The position numbers and the translations under genes were made by a program. A stretch of DNA of 64,000 nucleotides, taken from Amoebidium appalachense. Taxonomy: Eukaryota; Protista; Ichthyosporea. Positions 38,745 to 52,491 of this stretch are shown here, piece after piece. Each line of letters starts with the position of its first letter. Position 1 is the first letter of the stretch. The notes under the pieces are model-generated. The model was not told where the DNA came from, made no database searches, and saw nothing but the letters and a program-made list of their open reading frames with translations. Where the stretch lies: positions 6,009,045 to 6,073,044 of the forward strand of contig CAVNZM010000009.1 of NCBI GenBank assembly GCA_963693365.1. The letters are read 5' to 3'.

Positions 38745-40837
38745 GCACGTGTGTAGTGTGGATATTCACAGTGTGTGTAGGGAGAAAGCGCGGGAAAGGG
38801 GACGAAGGGGGGGGGGGGGGGGGGGGGGGGGGGGTATGTCAGTCTTTATGTATTCCCAATACCCCCTCCCCCTTCTCCCCACCCCCCTCCAACTCCCATT
38901 CACCCCCCCTTCCCCTCTCCTTCCTCCCTTCCCCGGGTCCATAGTCCTCCATCCCTCGGCCTTCATCTCTTCTGTACCCCTTTTCCCCTTTACCCAAGAA
39001 TCCCAGCCCCCTCTCCTTCCGAACTGCACTGACATATCTATCTCCTAGCCCCCTGCCCCCCCCCTCCCCCCCCCCCCCCGAGAAACCATCACTCTTATCT
39101 ACACCCTCCCCCCCCCTCCACTCCCCTCTTCGTTTTCTTTTCTACCTCTCTCCCCTTCGAGCTTCTTTCCCACACACCTTCCTACCTTCACTCTCCCATC
39201 TTTATCCCCCCCCCCCCCCCCCCCCCCTCCTTTTCCGAGCTTCACTCCCTTAACTACTCCCCTTCTCCCCCCCAACCTTCCACCGGGGCTTCTTCTCTCC
39301 TCCCCCCCCCCCCCACCCCACCCCCCCGGCTTTACCATCATATGTATGTGTGGAACCATACCCTACCTCATCTGCCCATCAAAGACAAAAACAGGCACAG
39401 GGGTAGCCCCAGTCCATGTTGCCAGAAGTGTATTTCTTCTTGACCTTTCGGTTATCTTTTCCACTATTGCTTTTGGTAACACTATTGTGTGTGGGCTGTC
39501 AGATGTGTGCAATAACATAGCTAGTTCATGGCTTTCCTTCGACTTTGCAGTTACACTACTAAGGGCCTTGTGAAGAATAGCACTAGCTAATCAATGCCCA
39601 TCCGCTTGTCACAAACTAAAGAGCTCGGCAAAAGTGCACCCCTTTTTCTTTTTCTCCGTCAGGCCAACCACTGGTAAAAGATTATCAAACCCCATTTTTT
39701 ACGTTTACTTTTCGTGTGCTTGTTTCGTTTTCGTGGCCTTTTCGTTTTCGTGGATCGATATGCGAACGCACATTTTGGACCCTTGCCCTCCTTCTCGGAG
39801 CGATCGCCGCTGTGACGTCATTGTTACTGAACCCCTATTTGCGTAGTCAGGAAGAATTCCGGACGAAATCGGGAATATATTTAGACCTCATTACAGTCTA
39901 CCAATCAGCATGATAGCTGGCTTAATTCGTGATCGGGGATCATCGATCGGGAGCCGGATTCGCATTTTTTTTTGCTGTGCCCCCCCCCCCCCCCCGGAAA
40001 ACAGGGAGGGGGTGCATGGGTGGTAAGGTTGCAAATGTAAGGTTTACGCTGTATTTTATGGTGTGTGTGTGTCATTCCACACACACACACACACATAGTG
40101 TAAGCGCATCCAAGCACGACATTATCATACTCTTTGACAATGTATAGACTATGTCCAATCATGTTATTGTATCGTGTGTGTGTGCACTGCACACAAGCTT
40201 CAATGTGTCAAAATAAACCACACCCAGACTTGTTATTGTATCGTGTGTGTATGCACTGCACGCTGTTCAGGAGGGAACCACCTGGACAGCGCGGTTAAAG
40301 CGGGATAGCTGCTCCAATAATTCTGGGTCTCATTCACAGACTAAACACTGTCAGATACAATTTTAAAGTCCATACTATTAGTACATTCACATACGTACAA
40401 GAAACACTAACGAACCAACAATTCAAGCAAACAAATCGTTAATCAATGGTGCATACGTTTAAGTATTCAATCGTGGAAAACTCTCATAGCAACACACCCA
40501 ACTTACCCATTGACGACGGACTCCATCTTCTTGCCTGAGTGGACGGGACGGACCAAGACCCCACTGTTCCATCCCCCCAAAACGGAAACTCGACAACGGT
40601 GCCCAACCTTTGAACACAATCCACAAATTTAGGGAAGCCTTCGCTTTGGCTTCCTTGTCAAACACAATGGGGTCGATATCCGTTGGGCCGCGCTGGGACA
40701 GACACCTTGGCTCAACAATCTTGGAAGGGCGCTTGATATCATCGAAGGAAATATCAAAAATAGACCGAACCAACGTGGGAAGGTGGGACGCCATCTGCAA
40801 AAATAAATAAATAAAAATGAATACGCTTAGTTACAAT

Positions 40838-42686
40838 GCGAATATTATATTATCCGGAATATCAAACCCCCCAAGCGAATATAATATTCGCTCGGATCCT
40901 GATTATCCAACCAATCGATCCGAGCGAATATTATATTGGCTTATACGAGCGAATATTATATTCGCTTGGGGGTTGTAATCAGGATGCGAGCGAATATAGT
41001 ATTTGCTCGCATCCTGATTATCCAAACCCCCAAGCGAATATTATATTCGCTTGGATCCTGATTACCCCAACAATCGATCCGAGCGAATATTTTATTCGCT
41101 TATACGCCCCAAGCGAATATAATATTCGCTCGCATTCTGATTATCCATCCCCCCAGGCAAATATAATATTCTCGCATCCTGATTATCCATCCCCCCAGGC
41201 GAATATATTATTCGCTCGCATCCTGATTATCCAACCCCCCAAGCGAATATTATATTCGCTCGGATCCTGATTATCCAAACAACCAATCCGAGCGAATATT
41301 ATATTCGCTTATACGCCCCAAAGCGAATATAATATTCGCTCGCATCCTGATTATCCAACCCCCCAGGCGAATATAATATTCGCTCGCATCCTGATTATCC
41401 ATCCCCCCAGGCGAATATAATATTCGCTCGCATCCTGATTATCCAACCTGGATCCTGATTATTAATGTGAACACTTTAGACTTTTTGTTGAATTCTGTTG
41501 GTCGTCACATTGAGTATTTATATGATTTTCACACAGTGTTCAGGTATCTCAGTATGCACTTGTTACTGGATAACTCGTGAAGTTTTTATTGTCTTCTCAG
41601 TATGCCGTGCATACTTGCATATCTTTCCGTCGAATAAATCCAGTCAAAAGAAAAATTAAACAATCAATCTGAGCGAATATTATATTCGCTTATACGCCCC
41701 AAGCGAATATAACATTCGCTCGCACCCTGATTATACATCCCCCCAGGCGAATATAATACTCGCTCGCATCCTGATTATCCATCCCCCCAGGCAAATATAA
41801 TATTCGCTCGCATCCTGATTATCCAACCCCCCAAGCGAATATTATATTCGCTCGGATCCTGATTATCCAAACAATCAATCCGAGCGAATATTATATTCAC
41901 TTATACGCCCCAAGCGAATATAATATTCGCTCACATCCTGATTATCCATGCCCCCAGGCGAATATAATATTCGCTCGCATCCTGATTATCCATTCCCCAT
42001 GCGAATATAATATTCGCTCGCATCCTGAGTATCCAACCCCCAAGCGAATATAATATTCGCTCGCATCCTGATTATCCATCCCCCCAGGCGAATATATATA
42101 TAAAAAAATAAAAAAAAATAAAAATGCTCGGATCCATATTATCCAACCCCCAAGCGAATATAATATTCGCTCGGGTCCTGAGTATCGCTCGCATCCTGAT
42201 TATCCATCCCCCAAGGCGAATAAAAAAAAAAAAATTGCTCGGATCCTGAATATCCAACCCCCAAGCGAATATAATATTCGCTCGGATATCCTGAGTATCC
42301 AACCCCCAGGCGAATATAATATTCGTTCGGATCCTGAGCATCCAACCCCCAAGCGAATATAATATTCGCTCGGATCCTGATTATCCAACCCCCAAGCGAA
42401 TATAATATTCGCTCGGATCCTGAGTATCCAACCCCCAAACGAATATAATATTCGCTCGCATCCTGATTATCCATCCCCCCAGGCGAATATAATATTCGCT
42501 CGCATCCTGATTATCCATCCCCCCAGGCGAATATATATATATATATATGATAAAATAAAAAAAATTGCTCGGATCCTGATTATCCATCCCCCCAAGCGAA
42601 TATTATATTCGCTCGGATCCTGGGTATCCAACCCCCAAGCGAATATAACAGTCGCTCGCATCCTGATTATCCATCCCCCCGGGCGA

Positions 42687-42739
<53 letters not shown>

Positions 42740-43119
42740 CTCGGATCCTGATTATTCAACCCTCAAGCGAATATAATATTCGCTCGGATCCTGATTATCC
42801 AACCCCCAAGCGAATATAATATTCGCTCGGATCCTGAGTATCCAACCCCCAAGCGAATATAATATCCGCTCGCATCCTCATTATCCATCCCCCCAGGCGA
42901 ATATATATATATATATATAGTAATACAAGATTTAATTGGAGTATTTTTATTAATGCAATATATAGTGCATGTGGATTTAGCATTACAATCAGTAGATCAT
43001 ATTTCTTATTCATATTATGTTCTTTAAACTTAACTCTATGCTTGAGATTTCTAAAGCTTTAAGAACTCTCTAATAGTGATTAGTTTTAATCTAAAACAGC
43101 TCTCGACACAAAAAGCAGA

Positions 43120-43188
<69 letters not shown>

Positions 43189-43563
43189 GCTCGGATCCTG
43201 ATTATCCAACCCCCAAGCGAATATAATATTCGCTCGGATCCTGAGTATCCAGCCCCCAAGCGAATATAACATTGGCTCGCATCCTGATTATCCATCCCCC
43301 CAGGCGAATATATAAATATATATATATATACTTGGATCCTGATTATCCAACCCCCAAGCGAATATAATATTCGCTCGGATCCTGAGTATCCAAACAATTG
43401 GCACCCTAATAAAAATAAAAAAATAAAAAATAAAAAAAATATTTGCTCGGATCCTGATTGTCCAACCCCTAAGCGAATATAATATTCGCTCGGATCCTGA
43501 GTATCCAACCCCCAAGCGAATATAACATTCGCTCGCATCCTGATTATCCATCCCCCCAGGCGA

Positions 43564-43635
<72 letters not shown>

Positions 43636-43960
43636 TAAAAAAAATGCTCGGATCCTGATTATCCAACCCCCAAGCAAATATAATATTCGCTCGGATCCTG
43701 AGTATCCAACCCCCAAGCGAACATAATATTCGCTCGCATCCTGATTATCCATCCCCCCAGGCGAATATAATATTCGCTCGCATCCTGATTATCCATCCCC
43801 CCAGGCGAATAAAAAAAAATATATATATATATATATATAAATTTGCTCGGATCCTGATTATCCAACCCCCAAGCGAATTTAATATTCGCTGGGATCCTGA
43901 GTATCCAACCCCCAAGCGAATATAATATTCGCTCGCATCCTGATTATCCATCCCCCCAGG

Positions 43961-44022
<62 letters not shown>

Positions 44023-44432
44023 ACTCGGATCCTGATTATCCAACCCCCAAGCGAATATAATATTCGCTCGGATCCTGAGTATCCAACCCCCAGGCGAATA
44101 TAATATTCGCTCGCATCCTGATTATCCATCCATCCCCCCAGGCGAATAAAAAAAAAAAAAAAAAAAAAAAATAATAATAATAATAATAATAAAATAAATA
44201 AAAAATCGCTCGCATCATGATTATCCATCCCCCCAGGCGAATATAATATTCGCTCGCATCCTGATTTTCCATCCCCCCAGGCGAATATATATAAATAAAT
44301 AAAAAAAGAAAAGAAAAAAATATTTGCTCGGATCCTGATTATCCAACCCCCAAGAGAATATGATATTCGCTCGGAACCTGAGTATCCAACCCCCAGGCGA
44401 ATATAATATTCGCTCGCATCCTGATTATCCAT
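40838..44432. repeat. Tandem array of about 43-44-bp units with a palindromic core
   Basis: Unit GCGAATATAATATTCGCTCG(C/G)ATCCTGA(T/G)TATCCA(A/T)CCCCCA(A/G) is repeated dozens of times, with interspersed (AT)n expansions. Confidence 0.95.
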
Positions 44433-44587
44433 CTAATCCTAAACCCTATCTGTCGCATCCGGCAGGTACACCAGTGCGCTCTGAGCCAGAACACAACACA
44501 GGGTCGTCGGATCCTGCTTCGCCAATTTCGTCGTCGGGTTTTACTAGTGCAGGTGACGGCGCCCAGTCACAAGTACCACCTTCGCCA

Positions 44588-46494
44588 ATGGCACAACCGC
44601 CCCGTAAGCGTGCCAAGGTGACACTGGAGCCCGAGGTAACTGACTCAACGTCGTATACACCCGAAGTGGACCCACCAGTGTCGCCAGTCCCCTCAACCAA
44701 TGATTGCATGCGCAACCCTTGCCCACTGTGCCCACAATCCCCGTCTCTCTCCGGTCAAAATGGCCCGGGAATGTCAGTGGGTCTGTGTTTACACACTATG
44801 TACTGCAACAGCGCAGACCCAGTTTATGACGTCACCCCCGTGCCGATGGATGCTTTCTCATTCAACCGCAACGACACCTTTGGTTTCCGTCCAAGATTTT
44901 CATGGGAAATGAATTTCTGTTTCATCATCACCGCATTGGACGGAATAAACTGTGGGCTGATAAAATCCAACGTGCCACCTGTACATCTTAAGCCAACCGG
45001 ACTGGACGTCACGGTGTGGGACCGGATGATTGCTGCCTTAAAGCACCGCGAAAAGCATACAGCAAATATCCGGGCCATTGCTCATCGTCTGGCACGGGTG
45101 TGGAAGGTAACACGATTCAGGATTGGGGACATAAATTCAACGGACAAGTTGTTTGACGCGCTTCAATGTGACATTAGCGGTTCGGATTACCTCACGGGTG
45201 TCCCGCTGGATGGGTCTAGTCATTCGCTATTCCGAGACAACGTGGTACCCCCTCACGTGACAATCATAACCGCTACATGCGTTAAATGCACTGGCGTGTC
45301 TACGTGTGTGTTGTGTTCCATCGATGCCGAGCTTCGCACCCGACTTCGCCGTGAAAGGATGGACCACAAGAAGATTTACATTGTCAATCCCATAGAAAAC
45401 ATAGCGGGTACCCATTTCTTCGATGGCGACTGCACTGAATATGGCAGGGAATTTCAAAGCCCAACCTCGGTTTGCACAACGTGCAATTCCAAGGGTACGG
45501 TGCGGGGCAACGTTTTAATGCTTCCTAGAATTCTCTTCGTCCACATGTCAGTGCAATCCTTGCCGCCTGTTCATGTCATGAATTGCGCGAACTTTATGGG
45601 GCGCCAATACCATTTTGCCTACATTGGTCTTCACAAATCAGGTCACTTTTTCGGTGTGGCACCCGCATTCACGTGGAAAAATGGGAGGCCATATCATCTC
45701 CACTGCGACGGTTTCGGAATGACCACTGAAAAACCAGACACTGAGCTATGGGAGAGCAACACGGGACCTACCAATGTCTCTGTCCAAATGTCTCGGGAAG
45801 GTGGCGAATGCGAAGGCTGGTGCCCATTATATGTTAAGTTGAATTGGGCACGCATTAAGAATGTGTAAAATTGTATAAGTATTTGGGACGGAAGCAGAGA
45901 CACAGTGGTGCAGTGTGAAAACACCACAGACACACAACAGCAAAACACGGAACGATCGGAGCAGTGTACACAACAGACATCAATGTTTAGACACGACTGA
46001 ACTCAATTTATTTTGATCTCGCATAAATATCTGAACTTCCCTTAAGTCAAATCCATACATGATTTCCGACCAGTCGGAAATCAGATCTATGTCTAAAATA
46101 ATTAATCACAATTAACTGATTATTTCCCGGATAGATCCGGAGACACAGGTTGAACGCACACCATAGGTCACAGCTATAAGAAAGTAATGAGGTGAAAAGT
46201 AACGAGGAAAGAGGTGATGTTTCTAACCTATCACCGGCTACACAACACGATTACAAGTACTCAAACACACTGGAGATCGATGTCATAATTTACGTACAAG
46301 GAGCACATCTTTTACACTAAGTAAATGAACGAAAACATAACACGAACTGAGAAGATCTTACAATATGTAGATACTACATATTACAACAGGATGTGCATCT
46401 CAACTTCATGGTGTATGTGCCCGCCCAGGAACCACTGGTAGGCGTGGGCTCCCGCAAACTGACGTATGCAAAGTCAACTGTGGATGTAGTGTAG
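44588..46494 (+). pseudogene. USP-like cysteine peptidase ORF interrupted near its C-terminus by a solo LTR
   Basis: Cys-box-like WEMNFCFIITALDGI, CxxC pairs, LPRILFV, His-box-like QYHFAYIGLHKSGHFF...HCDG. The frame resumes after the LTR as VHLNFMVYVPAQ...VV*. Intronless, with NLS-like PPRKRAK. Confidence 0.6.
45864..46388 (-). mobile_element. Internally deleted Copia-family solo LTR
   Basis: Reverse complement of both ends of the Copia LTR; flanks GAATG and GGATG (one mismatch). Confidence 0.88.
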
Positions 46495-47204
46495 ACGACC
46501 TTGTGGATATCGGTGTTTTTTTTGTGTTTTTTTGGGCTTTTTTGTTTTTTTTTGCTGCCAACATGCCATTATCGTTTGAACTGGAATGAAGGACTTAATG
46601 CCTGCTCGTATTTAAATACACCATGAATGTGCTGGTTGCATGCTGTCTGGGTTTATTTCATGTAGGTGTATAAGTATAAGATCAAGATTGAAAATTGTGC
46701 ATAGAAGATATTTACGAATATAACATGAATTGGATGCTGTGTATGGTTCTTTGTGACGTAGTGACAACTAAAACATACAAAATATATATGCTGTCCGCCG
46801 GCGGGGGGCCCGGGGTTTTATTCCATGTGAGCGGTACTTAGTCTATGTAAACCCACTTTAACATTGTGATGTAAGAATGATTAAGAATACAAGATGATTA
46901 CGACTAAATCATAATGGTGTATTATGGCTTCTGTAAGGTAAATGCAATGCCATTGGCATGATAAATACATACAAACCACTCATTTGCAACGAGTTGGTAA
47001 AATCCTGCTATCATTGGCCATGATTTCTTTTCGACCAACACACAAAGCAACAAGCTCATGACACTATAATGATTATACCACAACCCCCCCCCCCCCCCCC
47101 CCCTGGTCCCCCCCGAATACATCATTTGCACCAAGATGAAAAAAAACTGGTAACAGTAGACATGATCTTTTTCCGGCCAAAACATGTCATAAGCTAAGGT
47201 CACG

Positions 47205-48143
47205 TGTTGTAATACGTAGTATCTACATATGGTAAGATCTTCTCAGTTTGTGTTATGTTTCAGTTCATATGCTTAGTGTAAATGCCACACTCCTATTATG
47301 TAAAGTGTAGCATCGATCTCCGATATGCTTGTATACTTGTAATCGTGTTGTATCGGCTCTAATCGTGTATTGTAATATCGATTAGAATATTTATATGTGT
47401 GTACACGGATCCACCCACTCAGGGAGAGACGTGTACATGTTCGTGTGTACATAAATATCTCTGGTTATAGTTATGCTATTACTATCTTGTTTGTTGATCT
47501 GTGCTCTCTTTTCCTTCCTCTTTCTCCTTCCTTATTTTCTTTTCTTTCTCTCTTTGTCTTCATGTGTATAATCGTATTTCTTTTCTACTAATATATGTTA
47601 GGTAGATTTGTGTTACTTAATACGTGTTCATTGGACGGTAACACACTTAGGCTACACTTAGAATAGCATGTGTGTTTAGACTTCATTAATTTACTTTAGT
47701 TTTCATGTGTTGCCGGGCTTTAACCAATCATCAAGGTTAAGTGTGATAATATAATAATATTATGTCTGAGTCTTTGCAGTATGTCATAGGTTAGAACTTC
47801 CTTGATGATGACACGAGTTGACCTTAACTAGTGTCTGTGTCCTATCGTGTGCGTCTCCGCGTACCGGATCTCTCTGAAAGCAATTGGTTCTCAGTGATTG
47901 GTTTCTATTAGAGATAGATCTGATTTCCGACTGGTCGGAAATCATGTATGGATTGGACTTAGAGGAATTTCAGGTATTTATTCAAAGATCAGAATAAATT
48001 CAGTTCAGTCGTGTCTAAACATTGATGTCTGTTGTGTACACTGCTCCGATCGTTCCGTGTTTTGTTGTTGTGCGTGTCTGTGGTGTTTTTACACTGCACC
48101 ACTGTGTCTCTGCTTCCATCCCAAATACTTATATAATTTAACA
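47205..48143 (+). mobile_element. Copia solo LTR of the same family as 10434-17270
   Basis: Near-identical to 10434-11350; TSD TCACG at 47200-47204 and 48144-48148. Confidence 0.96.
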
Positions 48144-48162
48144 TCACGACAATGATTGTTTA

Positions 48163-48196
<34 letters not shown>

Positions 48197-48393
48197 CCGC
48201 CGCCGCGCACACACTGTGTTTCTCCCACCACGTCATACAAACCCTCTGACCCCCCTGTCACCCAGGGTAGTAGGGGGGGGGGGGGGTGCATTTTGGCCTG
48301 CCCGATATTCCCCCTAGACCAGTCAAATTTGACGACCTGGATTTTAATTAGAGATGACGACACTTTGGCCTGGACGACACTTTGGCCTGCAAC

Positions 48394-48427
<34 letters not shown>

Positions 48428-48821
48428 ACACTATCCCACACTATCCCACCCACCACCATCTCTTTGGTATATGTTTTTATATTTAACTACCCCATCCACC
48501 ACCATCTCTTTGGTATTTGTTTTTATATCTAACTTGAAACGATTCCATTGTTTAGCACTATGTATGTACTATTCGTATGTTCTTGGGTGTCCTTGACGAG
48601 TGTTCGTATGTTACACAGGTGTTGTTCGAGTGTACATTGAACATTATATTGCATGTGTTAGTACCATTAACCAGTGCATTGCATTCGTTGATGTACAAAG
48701 TGTTTATTCAGATGTGTTCGTCATTGTGTATTTACGAGTATTCAATTGCACTAAAGGCACTTCGATGATGAACATTCAACCCTGTCCTATTCCTTTTTAC
48801 TTGTTTTTTTACCACTCCCCT

Positions 48822-48852
<31 letters not shown>

Positions 48853-49366
48853 AAACAAAAAAAAAAACATAAAAAAAAAACTTCCCACCTCAGTTTCTCC
48901 CTCCTACTTTCCCCTTAAATACTCTCTTTTAACTTGCTTCCTCCCTCAGTCTCTCCCTCCTAACTTCTTTTCAAACCCTCTCCTTTAACTCTCCCATTGG
49001 GTCCTGATAGAAACAATCACTTCCAATCACTTGATATATATTGCTTACCCCCCCCCCCCCCCCCCCCCCCCACGTTAAACACAGGAACCTGGGGCCGGCA
49101 CTGAAGAGCGCAAGCAAGCCTTCAACAGGCTAACCAGCATGTATGTGGCCGAGGCCAACGGTGAGCAGTTTGTGCTTGGGCCGAAGTGGTGGGTCGACGA
49201 GCAAGGCCGCCCCGGCATGAACAGCATCTTCCGACAAATTGTGAAGAAGATAGCCCCGGCTTCCGACCAGGTATTTGCTTTTCTCTTGGTTGTCTAAGCA
49301 GTTCAGTACATTGCACCCTCTCTCTAGGCAAGCATACTGCACCATAATACTCTCGGTTCCTTATTT

Positions 49367-49398
<32 letters not shown>

Positions 49399-49765
49399 AC
49401 CTCCTCGCCCATCCCCCTTCCCACTAGGAACATTCAAGAGATAGAGCAAAAACGTGTTGATTCCTTGTACACCCTAACTAACTTTCATCCTCCTTTCCCC
49501 ACATCCAGGTTTCCTCTTTCACGACCACACATGCCTACTGCATGTACATCGTGAAGGAGGTGCTCTTCTGCCCCTCCTACCGTGATTCCGGCATCTTCGG
49601 CCGGCTCAACAACAGCGACAAGTTAAACGCCACAGGCTACAACGCTGCCCTTCACGACCTGAAGAAGGTGACAGCCTTCCCCCCCCCCCCCCCCCTCCTT
49701 TTCTCTTTCTTTCTTCCCCTGGCTCCCACCGAATGAACACACACATCATGCACACACACACACAG

Positions 49766-49801
<36 letters not shown>

Positions 49802-50101
49802 TTACACAGTCTCTCTCTCTCTCTCTTCCTCTCCCTCTCTCTCACTCTATCTTTCTCTCTCTCTCTCCCTCTCTCTCTCTCTTCTTCTCTATCTCTCTAT
49901 CTCTCTATCTCTCTCTGTCTCACCCCGTTTATCTGTCACACACACACGAACACACACACACCCACGAACACCCACACACACCCAAAAAAAATGCACACAC
50001 AAACACACACGCAAACACGCACCCACAAAAACAGAAACACATGCACGACGGTCACACCACACACAGAAACACACACACACACACAGACACACAGTCTCTC
50101 T

Positions 50102-50242
<141 letters not shown>

Positions 50243-52449
50243 CCCCCCCTCTCCCCCCCCCCCCCCCCCCCCAAAACTGCAATTACACACCCAAACGGAA
50301 GCACAATTCGAACCCGAACACATTATTCTTTTTCCAGCGCCAACTGCGAGGTAACTGAGTATGTAGATTAGATAGTAATAGCTGTTTTATTGTGTTCCAT
50401 TTGCTCACCATATGTTTCCCCACAGTACAAGAGGAATTTCAAGATGTACGTCAAGGCCAAACAAGAAGCAGCAAAGGCGGCAGCTATAGCTGATGCCGAA
50501 AGGGCCGCGGCTGAGGAGAAGGAGAAGAAGGCGCAGGAGGCCGGCGACCAGAACGGCGACAAGAGAGTGGATGACCCTGCACACGCCGACGCCCTGCCTG
50601 GGCAGGAGGAAGTGTGAACTCTAGTGATAGGCACAAGTAGAAATTATTAGTACAAAACTATTTTTTATTGTGATTTTTACTTGGTGCTTTTAGTGTCAGC
50701 CAAAATAATAAGGAAAATGTTGTTACTTTAGATTCTGAACAATACATGTGTGTGTGTGTCTTTGTCTTTGTGTATGTGTGTCTTTATTTTATTTTAGAAA
50801 ATAGAAAGTACGAAACCATGGTGACTTAGATTTTTCTTGGTGTTTTGGTGTCAGCCAACACAATAAAGAAAATCTTCTGACTTCAGATTCTGAACAATGC
50901 ATGGGTATATAAGTAATAGGGGGTGGGTAGGGGGAAGGGAAGGGGGATATGGGGGGGAAGGGGGGGGGGGGGGGGGGGAGGGAGGGGGAGGGGGGGGGGG
51001 GAGGGGGAGGGGGGGGGGGGGACGTCGACAGAGTGAGTCGGTACATATTAGTGTTCAATGAATGCTGGGCATGTACATTCAAAAGTTACTCATGTCGTAA
51101 TAGTAGGGTATTCTCGAATGTATTGTGTGAATAAATGTGGGCGCCCACGAACAATTTATGAATACCAATAAACACACAATGTGAACATCTCTATACTGTT
51201 CTTACAATGCCCCGTGAACATACACGAATGTCAAATTCGTGTATATAAATGTATTACGAGTATGGTCGAAAAATACTGCCTGAATATGTTGTTAGTGTCC
51301 AAAAAAGTATTCATTTGCACTAAACATGCTGTTCTACGAACGCCTTTATGGCATCCGTTTGTGTTCAAATAAGGTATTTTATGGTACCCTTAGGCATTCG
51401 TGAGTAACTATTTGAGTACATATGTGTGCACCGAATAACGTTCGCAGTTACTATTCATGAACACATATGTCGTACTCAGATCGTGTTTGTGGAGTATTTT
51501 CGAAACATTCACATAGTGTATTCGTGGACGTTCCAGTGTCACTGAACGGGTATTTATAAAGCACTCCACATGTACCCTATATACACAAATATGTATTCCA
51601 ACTGAATGTCTGGTCATGTACGCGTATGTACGTGTATACTCAGAACACGGTGTCCATGTGGTATGAATACGGTATCTATGGTGCATTCATACGGTATCTA
51701 GTGTGCATTCACAAGGTACTTGGGCATGTATTCATGTAGTATTCGGCTAGGTACACACATATACCATGTGGTGTCAGGTGGCATTCGAATAGGTATCCAT
51801 ATACGATTCACTGGATTGTACGAATTTTTGAACATTTTTGGACATTCAAGTGTTCAAAATGTGTACGAGGATACAATTTAACGGGGGGGTGGGGTTGGCT
51901 GAAGTGTAACCTAAGTGTTTTTCTACCAATCAAAACATAACGAGTATAAATCTACTCAACGTATATTAGTGAGAAAGAAATATAATTATGTGAAAGGAAA
52001 CAAGAGAAGAACGAAAGAGAAAAGAAAGAAGAAGAAAGAGGAAAAAGAAAAGAAACCAGGACAGAAAACACGAACATGAAAACACAGTTGTAACCAAAGA
52101 TATTCATGTACACATAAATATGTACACGTTTCTCCCTCACTGGGTAGACTCGTGTACCTATAATCAGTTGCTGTAATCGATATCTAAACACACGAATATA
52201 GCCGACACAACACGATTACAAGTACTCAAACACACTGGAGATCGATGTCATAATTTACGTACAAGGAGCACATCTCTTTCACTAAGTAAATGAATGAAAA
52301 CATAACACGAACTGAGAAGATCTTACAATATGACATTGTAAATACTACGTATTACAACACTCACATAATCTCTCCAGGGGGGACTGGGCCGGAAGGGGGA
52401 TTTAAGGGAGAACGGGGGGGGGGGGGGGGGGGGGAGGGGAAGGGGGAAT

Positions 52450-52491
<42 letters not shown>

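Larger units (their letters stand above)
35532..39836 (+). mobile_element. ISL2EU (PIF/Harbinger-related) DNA transposon
   Basis: TIRs AGGGGTCCGGTCTTAATGACGTCAC and (reverse complement) AGGGGTTCAGTAACAATGACGTCAC, AT flanks, and two convergent genes. Confidence 0.88.
34001..39979. mobile_element. Non-autonomous CACTA/EnSpm-like element
   Basis: Left end CCCAGCGAAAAAAGATGCGAATC; right end reverse complement CACAGCAAAAAAAAATGCGAATC. Subterminal CCCGAT/ATCGGG motifs at both ends. Inserted in a poly-C tract. Confidence 0.7.
33549..48394. mobile_element. 14.8 kb DNA transposon with about 245-bp TIRs, Ginger-like
   Basis: 33549-~33794 (TGTTGCAGGCCAAAGTGTCGTCC...) is the reverse complement of ~48144-48394. 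TGTNR termini and CCCC flanks on both sides. No integrase ORF found. Confidence 0.8.

Noticed and set aside
40838-44432. CRISPR-like array
   Set aside because: Units are head-to-tail without unique constant-length spacers, the variable parts are AT microsatellites, there are no cas genes, and the context is eukaryotic.
42072-44432. Many minus-strand ORFs (MDNQDASEYYIRLG...)
   Set aside because: They are translations of the satellite unit.
50338-50350. 13-nt AG/GT-flanked micro-exon in the JmjC gene
   Set aside because: It would break the phase; 49667 joins 50426 in frame without it.
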